From an uncultured Gemmatimonadaceae bacterium (GTDB lineage Bacteria; Gemmatimonadota; Gemmatimonadetes; Gemmatimonadales; GWC2-71-9), in the NCBI GenBank assembly GCA_964388145.1, contig CAYLZR010000003.1:5785-34376 (forward strand): 28,592 bases of DNA. The letters run 5' to 3'. Below, piece after piece: positions 9,575 to 16,860 of this stretch. Each line of letters starts with the position of its first letter. The stretch's first letter is position 1. Under the pieces are notes generated by a model that was not told the DNA's origin, did no database searches, and worked only from the letters and a program-made list of their open reading frames with translations. The translations under genes and the position numbers were made by a program.

Positions 9575-9883
9575 CTATCCAGGTGCCCCGGAAGGACGTT
9601 TGACGGGCGGCAACAGGCGCGACACCTGGGTGGTGAGGGCGCTCAAGCGCTGCTCCATTTCCCGTCCGGCCGTCCGAACCTGGAAGAGATCGTCGGTGAT
9701 CGCCAGTGCGGCGAGAATCGCCGCTTTGTGACTCTCGATGAGCTGACCCGAGGCGCGGACCTCTTTCATCGCTCGATCGACATGGTCCGCCACAGCGCGC
9801 GTGTAGGCGTCCGACCGATCTGACCGCAAGCTGAATTCGTCGCCGCCGATCATGACCTTGACGACCGTTTTCTTCACGCTCAT
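9575..9883 (-). CDS. zapA: Cell division protein ZapA family
   Basis: Has V.IGGDEFSLRS...VADHVDRAM...AILAALAITDDLF, followed by a coiled coil. Typical pheT-(zapB)-zapA-rny context. Confidence 0.88.
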   Translation of the reverse strand: MSVKKTVVKVMIGGDEFSLRSDRSDAYTRAVADHVDRAMKEVRASGQLIESHKAAILAALAITDDLFQVRTAGREMEQRLSALTTQVSRLLPPVKRPSGAPG

Positions 9884-10176
9884 CGACGAGCCTCCTCGGG
9901 AGCAGTTTGTTCTTCCAAGAACCTGAGTCTCGTCAACAACTCGGTCACCCGATGCCGCGCGTGCTGCGCGCGACCACGCAAATCCTTGTTCTCACCTTCC
10001 AAATGCACAATGCGCGCGCGGGCGTCGACGATGTCTCCATCACCACTCAGGTCGACTCGCCCCGATTCGGCCTTGTGCGCCCGCCGACGCCACATCGCTA
10101 ATTCGTCCGACACCTCACGGATGGCGGACTCGAGTTGTTCCAAAGCTTGGAACTCAGGCTTCTCTGCGTTCGACAC
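9880..10176 (-). CDS. Coiled-coil protein, ZapB-like
   Basis: 98-aa heptad-rich protein between pheT and zapA, with an ATGA overlap with zapA. The ZapB-like role is inferred from position. Confidence 0.7.
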   Translation of the reverse strand: MSNAEKPEFQALEQLESAIREVSDELAMWRRRAHKAESGRVDLSGDGDIVDARARIVHLEGENKDLRGRAQHARHRVTELLTRLRFLEEQTAPEEARR

Positions 10177-12529
10177 CGAGTTGCTCCTTCAATTCCTTGA
10201 GAACCTTGCCCAACACTACGTCCACATCTTTATCGCGCAATGTGCGATCGGGTGAACGAAACACCAAACGCCATGCGACACTCCGTCTGCCTTCACTCCG
10301 GAACTCGTCGAACACGCGCACCGACTCCAGCAGCTTGCCACCGCGCCGGTCGAGGATGTCTTCCACCTGGCGCGCCTGAACCCCGGACGGCAACCAGAGT
10401 GCGATATCTCGTTCGACGGGTGGTGTGCTGGGAATCGCCTCGAAGCGCAGCGCCTCGCGCGCGGGTTCTCCCATGACCACCTCAAAACCAAACACCGGAG
10501 CGGCCCACGGGGGACCGTCCATCGGCACCTCGCCGGCCCAACCACCCCAGGTGCCCTGCGGATCGCGCAGCACCCAGTGCCCCTGTTGCTCCGTTACCTC
10601 TCCCCCCGCGTGGGCCACCCGCATGGCCTCGTCGAACAAAGATTTCACGTCCCAACGGTCGAAATCAACGGATGGGCCACTTTCCGACCAATGGGCGGGC
10701 CTGCGCGCACCCGAAATGACACCGCTCAGTCGCCGCTGCTCGCGAGGCGGGGCCGCGTCGCCTTGCTTGCCGAACACCGATCCGATCTCGAAAAGACGGA
10801 TATCGCGCTCCCGAACCGCCCAGTTGCGTGTTACCGATTGTTTCAGACCCTCGATGAGATCGGTTCGCAGATATGCTTCTTCGGCCGACAGCGGATTGAG
10901 GAGGTCCTGAGACTCGACGTTCTCACCCATCATGAGTCCATGCTGCCTGTCGGGTCCCAAAGACACACTGTGAGCTTCGTGGAGCCCCAGAGCTGTGAAT
11001 ACGCGGCGCACCCGCGCTTCCGCCGCTTGCGACGGGTCACTCGGTACAGTGCTCGGCCGCAGGGGGCGCAACTCGGTTGGGAAGGAGTCATACCCGCGCA
11101 ATCGCGCAATCTCCTCGATCAAGTCTTCCTCACGCGCCACGTCCGGACGCCAGCCCGGCACGTGCACCGCCAATCTTCCGTTCTTCGGCCCGACGGAAAA
11201 ACCGAGACTGGTGAGGTAGCCTTCGATTTCTGTCTGCGGGATCTCCACACCGAGCAGGTGCGCAACCCGCTCCGGCCGCAAGAAGATTGCAGGAGTTTTG
11301 ACAGGGTTCGGATACACGTCGACCGGCGGACCGGGCTCGGATCCCCCTGCGACGGCGATGATCAATTGCACAGCGCGACGCAGCGCGTCCGCCATGCCCT
11401 GCAAGTCCATCCCGCGTTCGAACCGGTACGACGCATCCGTGCCCATTTTGAGTGCCGTGCGCGTCGATCTGATGCGTTTCGGATCGAAATACGCACATTC
11501 GAGCACCACGTCTGTCGTTTGCTCGGAAACTTCCGAATCGCGTCCACCGATGATACCACCAATCGCCGTCGCGGTTTGGGCGTCGCAGATGGCCGTCATG
11601 GAGCCGTCGAGGGTGCGTTCTTCCCCGTCGAGCGTTGTGATCTTCTCGCCGTCACCACCGCGGCGGACGATGATCTTCGATCCACCGAGGCGCGCGCGAT
11701 CGAACGCGTGCATCGGTTGATTTAGCTCGAGCATGGCGTAGTTCGTTGCGTCAACCACGTTGCTGATGGATTTTTGCCCGACGGATCGGAGTCGGGCCTG
11801 CAGCCAGTCCGGGCTCGGACCGACCGTTACGCCTTCGATGACCGCCGCCATGTAGCGCGGGCAACCCTCGACATCATCGATAGAAACCTCCACGCCACCG
11901 ACCACGCCTCTATCGGCGGTGGTCACCGGCGCCTGTGCATCGCCCGATGCTCCGGGGATCGGCGGCAGCTTCACCGGACGCCGCATCACGGCGCCGAGGT
12001 CTCGTGCTACGCCCTTGTGACACAAGAGATCCGGCCGATTCGGGGTTACCTCTACGTCGAGACAAAAGTCGCTCACCGGCAACACGTCGAGAAGCGGGGT
12101 GCCGGCGGGCGCGTCGGTGTCCAGTTCCATGATGCCGGCTTGATCGGCTCCCAATTCCAATTCGCTCGCAGAGCACAGCATGCCGTTTGACTGCACACCG
12201 CGAATCTTCCTGCCCTTGAGCTTCATGCCGCCGGGCAACACCGTCCCGACCGCGGCATAGGGATAGCGCTTGCCGGCCTCGACGTTCGGGGCGCCGCACA
12301 CGACCTCCACCACTTCCACCCCGTTGTTCACGTAGCATAACGTCAGCCGATCGGCGTCGGGATGCGGCTCCACTCGCTCCACTTCGGCGACAATGATGTC
12401 GCCCAGATCCTGATGGAGTGGGGTCACCGATTCCACGGGCGCACCGAGCATGGCGAGCTTGTGTGCCACGTCGCTCGGATCGAGTTCCGTACCGAGGAGC
12501 GCCGACAGCCAATTGAGCGAGACGTTCAT
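10154..12529 (-). CDS. pheT: Phenylalanine--tRNA ligase beta subunit
   Basis: Has VVCGAPNV, VTPNRPDLL, DLIEEIARLRGY, a C-terminal FDX-ACB-type RDIA...SVAWRLVFR region, and follows pheS. Confidence 0.98.
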   Translation of the reverse strand: MNVSLNWLSALLGTELDPSDVAHKLAMLGAPVESVTPLHQDLGDIIVAEVERVEPHPDADRLTLCYVNNGVEVVEVVCGAPNVEAGKRYPYAAVGTVLPGGMKLKGRKIRGVQSNGMLCSASELELGADQAGIMELDTDAPAGTPLLDVLPVSDFCLDVEVTPNRPDLLCHKGVARDLGAVMRRPVKLPPIPGASGDAQAPVTTADRGVVGGVEVSIDDVEGCPRYMAAVIEGVTVGPSPDWLQARLRSVGQKSISNVVDATNYAMLELNQPMHAFDRARLGGSKIIVRRGGDGEKITTLDGEERTLDGSMTAICDAQTATAIGGIIGGRDSEVSEQTTDVVLECAYFDPKRIRSTRTALKMGTDASYRFERGMDLQGMADALRRAVQLIIAVAGGSEPGPPVDVYPNPVKTPAIFLRPERVAHLLGVEIPQTEIEGYLTSLGFSVGPKNGRLAVHVPGWRPDVAREEDLIEEIARLRGYDSFPTELRPLRPSTVPSDPSQAAEARVRRVFTALGLHEAHSVSLGPDRQHGLMMGENVESQDLLNPLSAEEAYLRTDLIEGLKQSVTRNWAVRERDIRLFEIGSVFGKQGDAAPPREQRRLSGVISGARRPAHWSESGPSVDFDRWDVKSLFDEAMRVAHAGGEVTEQQGHWVLRDPQGTWGGWAGEVPMDGPPWAAPVFGFEVVMGEPAREALRFEAIPSTPPVERDIALWLPSGVQARQVEDILDRRGGKLLESVRVFDEFRSEGRRSVAWRLVFRSPDRTLRDKDVDVVLGKVLKELKEQLGVERREA

Positions 12530-12532
12530 CGG

Positions 12533-13558
12533 CTACTCCACAAATTGCTGGAGAAAACGCATATCGTTCTGGAACAACATCCGGATGTCTGGGATTCCGT
12601 AGCGCAGCATCGCGATACGTTCCGGCCCCATGCCAAACGCGTACCCCGAGTACCGCTCCGGGTCGATCCCGCAGTTCTCGAGCACCGCCGGATGAACCAT
12701 TCCTGCACCCATGATCTCGAGGAAGCCGGTGTGGTGGCAGGTTCCACAGCCGCTGCCTTTACATATTTGGCACTGGACGTCGACCTCGGCCGACGGTTCC
12801 GTGAACGGGAAGAATGACGGCCGGAACCTGACGGCGGTATCCGGCGAGAAGAAATGTTTGGCGAAATAATCCAGCGCCGCCTTGAACTCCACGAACGTGA
12901 TGCCTTCGTCTACCGCCAGACCCTCGATTTGCGAAAAAACCGGTGCGTGAGACGCGTCGAAGGGGTCGCGGCGATACACTCTTCCTGGCACCACGATGCG
13001 AATTGGTGGTTTGTGCCGCTCCATGGTCCGGGCTTGCACCGGCGAGGTGTGCGTGCGCAGCAGAATCCCCGGCGACAGGTAGAACGTGTCGTGCATGTCC
13101 GCCGCGGGATGATCTAGCGGAATGTTGAGCTTGGTGAAGTTGTAGTCGTCGGTTTCGACTTCGGGGCCGGTGACGCGGGAAAACCCGAGTTCGCGGAAGA
13201 TCTCGCAAACCTGGTCGATGACGGCCGTCACGGGATGGATGGCTCCACGCCACGCCGTTCGGCCGGGCATGGTGGAATCAATGTCTTCACTCGACGCCGC
13301 GCCGGCACCCAGCTCCTGCTCACGCCGGTCGATCGCCGCCTCGATCTCCCCCTTGAGTTGATTCGCGCGCTGACCAACCGCTCGCCGCTCTTCGGGTGAG
13401 AGGGTCGACAGCGACCGCAAGATTAGCGTGAGACGCCCGTTCTTGCGGCCGAGGATTTCGACTTTTAACTCCGCGAGGCGGGACGTGTCCGCCTCTCGCA
13501 GTTCCCCAATAGTCCGTTCAACGGCCTCGAGTTGGTCGTTGGGAGAAACTGTTGCCAT
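12533..13558 (-). CDS. pheS: Phenylalanine--tRNA ligase alpha subunit
   Basis: Has HPAADMHDTFY, LLRTHTSPVQ, FRPSFFPFTEPS and GYAFGMGPERIAML. Confidence 0.98.
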   Translation of the reverse strand: MATVSPNDQLEAVERTIGELREADTSRLAELKVEILGRKNGRLTLILRSLSTLSPEERRAVGQRANQLKGEIEAAIDRREQELGAGAASSEDIDSTMPGRTAWRGAIHPVTAVIDQVCEIFRELGFSRVTGPEVETDDYNFTKLNIPLDHPAADMHDTFYLSPGILLRTHTSPVQARTMERHKPPIRIVVPGRVYRRDPFDASHAPVFSQIEGLAVDEGITFVEFKAALDYFAKHFFSPDTAVRFRPSFFPFTEPSAEVDVQCQICKGSGCGTCHHTGFLEIMGAGMVHPAVLENCGIDPERYSGYAFGMGPERIAMLRYGIPDIRMLFQNDMRFLQQFVE

Positions 13559-13571
13559 ATGTTGTCCGTGG

Positions 13572-13646
13572 ACGAGTGCCGTTCCAACTATTCAAGCAGC
13601 TTCATTCACGAGAACAATCGCGAAAGCGAGTTGGAACGGTACGAGT
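13572..13646. repeat. 63-bp element with 11/12-bp terminal inverted repeats, flanked by 6-bp direct repeats (MITE-like)
   Basis: Read directly: ACGAGT|GCCGTTCCAACT...AGTTGGAACGGT|ACGAGT. Confidence 0.6.
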
Positions 13647-13663
13647 ACTGCAACTGGCGTCGG

Positions 13664-14017
13664 CTACAGACCCTTTTTTGCAATCTCTGCCAGTGCGCCG
13701 AAAGCCACAGGGTCTCGCACGGCCAAATCGGCGAGGAACTTTCGATTGATCTCCACACCGGCCCGCTTGAGACCCGCCATAAATCGGCTGTACGACAAGT
13801 CGTGCAGCCTGGCGCCGGCGTTGATACGGACAATCCACAAGCGACGGAAGTCGCGTTTCTTCTGTCGACGGTCGCGATAGGCGTAGCGCAGGCCGCGCTC
13901 GACGTTCTCTTTCGCGGTCTTGTATAGTTTGCTTCGGCCACCCCGTGCCCCTTTGGCGGCGCGCATGATCTTCTTCTTGCGCTTCAGACGGGCTACCTGG
14001 CTCTTGACTCTTGGCAT
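13664..14017 (-). CDS. rplT: 50S ribosomal protein L20
   Basis: MPRVKS...[23 protein letters not shown]. Strong SD. Confidence 0.99.
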   Translation of the reverse strand: MPRVKSQVARLKRKKKIMRAAKGARGGRSKLYKTAKENVERGLRYAYRDRRQKKRDFRRLWIVRINAGARLHDLSYSRFMAGLKRAGVEINRKFLADLAVRDPVAFGALAEIAKKGL

Positions 14018-14026
14018 GTCTCCCCC

Positions 14027-14221
14027 CTACGAGCCTAGCAGTGGGCGGATCCGGCTCTGGTCAGCCGGGGACATCGTGGTCCCCTGACGAAGGCGGCGCT
14101 TACGTTTCGGATGCTTCTTCGTGAGAATGTGGCTCTTGCCCGCCCTGCGACGGGTAACCTTTCCCGAGCCCGTCACCTTGAAGCGTTTGCGAGCCGCGCG
14201 TGAAGTTTTCTGTTTAGGCAT
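14027..14221 (-). CDS. rpmI: 50S ribosomal protein L35 (64 aa)
   Basis: [21 protein letters not shown]...SHILTKK. SD GAGGAGG upstream of ATG 14221. The track's start at 14278 is an over-extension. Confidence 0.98.
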   Translation of the reverse strand: MPKQKTSRAARKRFKVTGSGKVTRRRAGKSHILTKKHPKRKRRLRQGTTMSPADQSRIRPLLGS

Positions 14222-14280
14222 TTCTCCCCTCCTCTTCTCTTCCCAACCCGGCGGGCCCGCCCCACCCCACCACCACACCC

Positions 14281-14380
14281 GGCGGTCAGACGGTCAGACG
14301 GTCCCCCACTCCCCACCCTGATTTCGGTTGTCGTTAAGATGCCTTGCGCCCATCTGCCCGTCTGCCCGTCCGCCCGTCTA
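14281..14380. repeat. Inverted pair of tandem octamer arrays (CGGTCAGA)x2.6 ... (TCTGCCCG)x3.5
   Basis: Left arm 14283-14303 and right arm 14353-14380. The right arm ends in the infC stop codon. Confidence 0.9.
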
Positions 14381-14911
14381 TTTCGGCGCCAGCACCATCG
14401 TCATATTACGTCCTTCGAGCTTCGGCTCGATCTCCACCTTGGCAAGCTCCTGCAACTCTTCCAAGACCCTGGCCAACACTTCTTGACCCAACTCGGGATG
14501 AGTGACCTGACGCCCCCGGAACATCATCGTGAGCTTCACCTTGTTGCCGTCTCCGAGAAACGTCCGCGCGTGTCGCACTTTGAAGTCGAAGTCATGTTTG
14601 CTGATGCCCGGCCGGAACTTGACTTCCTTCATGTGGATCACGTGCTGTTTTTTCTTGGCTGCCTTTGCCGCCTTGTCCTGCTCGTAGCGGTATTTCCCGT
14701 AATCCATGATCTTGACCACGGGCGGCCGTGCCATCGGGGCCACCTCAACGAGATCCAAACCGCGCTCGTCGGCTTCCTTCAATGCCTCCTCAACGGGCAT
14801 CACACCGAGTTGGTCACCGGCGTCCCCGATCACTCTCACCGGGCTAGTCCGGATCTGGCTGTTTACGCGCGTGCGGTCCCGCGGCGGCTGTGGCCTGTTC
14901 GAATAGGTCAG
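14378..14911 (-). CDS. infC: Translation initiation factor IF-3 (177 aa from a CTG start)
   Basis: Has RVNSQIRTSPVRVIG, DLVEVAP...KIMDYGKY and KEVKFRP. GGAGG lies 8 nt before an in-frame CTG at 14911, and no ATG/GTG/TTG lies between the upstream in-frame TAG and the conserved RVN motif. Confidence 0.95.
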   Translation of the reverse strand: MTYSNRPQPPRDRTRVNSQIRTSPVRVIGDAGDQLGVMPVEEALKEADERGLDLVEVAPMARPPVVKIMDYGKYRYEQDKAAKAAKKKQHVIHMKEVKFRPGISKHDFDFKVRHARTFLGDGNKVKLTMMFRGRQVTHPELGQEVLARVLEELQELAKVEIEPKLEGRNMTMVLAPK

Positions 14912-14948
14912 TGAGGCTACCTCCGGTTGCAGTTCGTGGCGCTGCTAC

Positions 14949-14977
14949 AAAAAAAAGATTCCTAATTTAGGGAATCC
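14949..14977 (-). terminator. Intrinsic terminator/attenuator in the infC leader
   Basis: Minus strand GAUUCC-CUAAAUUA-GGAAUC followed by U8, ending ~37 nt upstream of the infC start. Confidence 0.85.
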
Positions 14978-15085
14978 GCAACCACGCCGGGTTCCACCAC
15001 CCGGCTCTGTCGTCGGAACCCTGAGCGCTCGCCCGCGGGCGGCCAAAAGGGTGAAGCGCCGAGGCGCTTGCTTCGCAAATTGTGT
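14949..15085 (-). promoter_or_regulatory. Structured leader of the infC-rpmI-rplT operon (L20-leader-like attenuator)
   Basis: Hairpins AAGCG/CGCUU, ACCCU/AGGGU enclosing CGCCC/GGGCG, and GCCGGGU/ACCCGGC, then a terminator. The position matches L20 leaders of Firmicutes. Family assignment is inferred. Confidence 0.6.
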
Positions 15086-15090
15086 GAACG

Positions 15091-15119
15091 AAGCTACCTC
15101 GGCATTGGAGGGGTGTCAA
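15091..15119 (-). promoter_or_regulatory. Sigma70-type promoter for the infC operon
   Basis: TTGACA (15119-15114), 17-bp spacer, TAGCTT (15096-15091). Confidence 0.8.
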
Positions 15120-16003
15120 CTTTCAAGTGCTTGAAATCCAAAGGACTTACCGTCTTTGATCGCCCTCCCTAGCCCCCACACTGGATCGTGCTCGAACACC
15201 AAAATCCAACCCTCGGCTTCGGCCTCGGTCAGGAGCCGCCTCTTGCTCTCGAGGGTGACGAGTGGCTCGAGGTCGAACCCCATGATCCACGGTAGCCGCA
15301 GGTGCGCGGTGGTGGGAACCACATCTCCCAAAAAACACGCGGTCTCTCCCCCGTCAGAGATCTTGACGGATTGATGATACGGGACGTGACCCGGCGTGAG
15401 AACCGCGGCAACACCGGGCAGGATCTCGCCGTCGCCATCGAGCAACCGCCAACGGCCCGCGGCCGCGACGGGCGCGAAGTTCTTCGGGAAATAGCTCGCC
15501 GACAGGCGCTCGTTGACCTGTCCGCCGAAGTCGAGCTCGCCCCGCTGCACCACGTAGGTAGCGTTTGGAAAGGCGACCTGTGCCTCCCCGTCGGTGAACG
15601 ACGACCCCTGCGGAATCATCGTGTTCCCGCCGGCGTGATCGAAATGGAGATGGGTGTTGATCACGTACCGCACATCGGTTGCGGAGAAGCCCACCTCGGC
15701 GAGAGCATCGTCCAACTGGGTGGATCCCGCGGTCCCTTTGTTTTCGATGCCGTAGATCTCACAGGTTTTTGCAGACTCTTTGTTCCCGATCCCCGTATCG
15801 ATCAGCACCAGACCGTCGTCATGCTCGACGAGCAAGCACCGGAGGGCAATCGGCACCCGGTTGCGATCGTCCGCCTCGATCCGCCGGCTCCAGAGCGGCT
15901 TTGGCACGACGCCGAACATCGCCCCACCATCGAGCCGTTGAAGCCCTCCCTCGAGGGCATGACAGATCAATTGCCCGACCCGAAACGTGGAAACGAGACT
16001 CAT
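15116..16003 (-). CDS. MBL-fold metallo-hydrolase (YtnP-like)
   Basis: Has LDGGAMFGVVPKPLW, HLHFDHAGG (HxHxDH), TPGHVPYH, GDVVP and FEHD. Confidence 0.9.
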   Translation of the reverse strand: MSLVSTFRVGQLICHALEGGLQRLDGGAMFGVVPKPLWSRRIEADDRNRVPIALRCLLVEHDDGLVLIDTGIGNKESAKTCEIYGIENKGTAGSTQLDDALAEVGFSATDVRYVINTHLHFDHAGGNTMIPQGSSFTDGEAQVAFPNATYVVQRGELDFGGQVNERLSASYFPKNFAPVAAAGRWRLLDGDGEILPGVAAVLTPGHVPYHQSVKISDGGETACFLGDVVPTTAHLRLPWIMGFDLEPLVTLESKRRLLTEAEAEGWILVFEHDPVWGLGRAIKDGKSFGFQALES

Positions 16004-16860
16004 GCCTCCTCCATCGGCGTCGGGGAGGCCCGCCGTTTCCTGCGCTTCTTTTTCTTGCGACGACGCGTCAACGCTTCGAGCTCCTGGAACGTGTCGATCC
16101 CCTGTTCGCTGGCCAGGTCCAACAACAGGGAAAGCGCGGCCGCGGTCGCCAGGGCGTCCCCGGCCGCCCGGTGACGGTTCTCGATTTCAATTCCGAAATA
16201 CCTTACCACACTATCGAGAGTGCGCGACCGCAAGCCAGGGATCAACTTCCTGGCCAAACGCACGGTGCAGAGCCGCGGTCCCTCCAGCGAGAGGTGCAAC
16301 GCCCGACGGATTTCGCTCGAGACGAACGACCAGTCGAACGGCAGATTGTGTGCGACGAACACTCGACCGGCCAGACTCGCCATCACCTCATCCGCGATTT
16401 CCGCAAACACGGGCTTGTCGCGCACGTCGTCGTAGCTGATTCGTGTGACACCAGTGACCACCCTCGGAATGGGCCGCTCGGGATTCACGAGCGTATCGAG
16501 CACCAATTCCACCGACCTCTGCGACAATACGGCAACCGCGATTTCGATCACCCGATCACCACGGCCGGGACTGGAACCCGTCGTCTCGACGTCGACCACG
16601 GCGAACGTGCAGTCCACGATCCGTGGAGAGCCCAGCGCTACTCCAACCAGCTCCCAGCATGAGTCAAAACGGCGCCGGACCCTCGGATCCGATCCGAGCA
16701 AGGCCGTCGCGAGGCGATCGGCGATGACGGGAGGGGCCGCCGGCACACCGAGCACGTTGTGCGCCAAGGATAAGCTGTCGGCGGGGCCAGATCCCAAGAA
16801 CTCGAGCGCCCGGTCCACGAGCGTTCCACAGGATTGGGCCTGAATCCCTCCGGTGGTCAC
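16000..16860 (-). CDS. DEDDh 3'-5' exonuclease (DnaQ/PolIII-epsilon-like) with extra N-terminal domain
   Basis: Has VVDVETTG, AHNLPFD, LCTVRLA and HRAAGDA. The start is placed at GTG 16860 (GTGA overlap with the arcA stop); the track's start at 17106 is overlap. Confidence 0.88.
   Translation of the reverse strand: MTTGGIQAQSCGTLVDRALEFLGSGPADSLSLAHNVLGVPAAPPVIADRLATALLGSDPRVRRRFDSCWELVGVALGSPRIVDCTFAVVDVETTGSSPGRGDRVIEIAVAVLSQRSVELVLDTLVNPERPIPRVVTGVTRISYDDVRDKPVFAEIADEVMASLAGRVFVAHNLPFDWSFVSSEIRRALHLSLEGPRLCTVRLARKLIPGLRSRTLDSVVRYFGIEIENRHRAAGDALATAAALSLLLDLASEQGIDTFQELEALTRRRKKKKRRKRRASPTPMEEA

Noticed and set aside
13598-13663. pheM-like leader peptide or T-box upstream of pheS
   Set aside because: The only short ORF has one Phe codon, there is no terminator U-tract, and the 105-nt gap is too short for a T-box.
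15072-15088. TTCGCA-N5-TGTGAA as a second Rex site, and the TTGTGAA half-site near 17230
   Set aside because: The first has the wrong half-site orientation and spacing. The second is a lone half-site inside a CDS.
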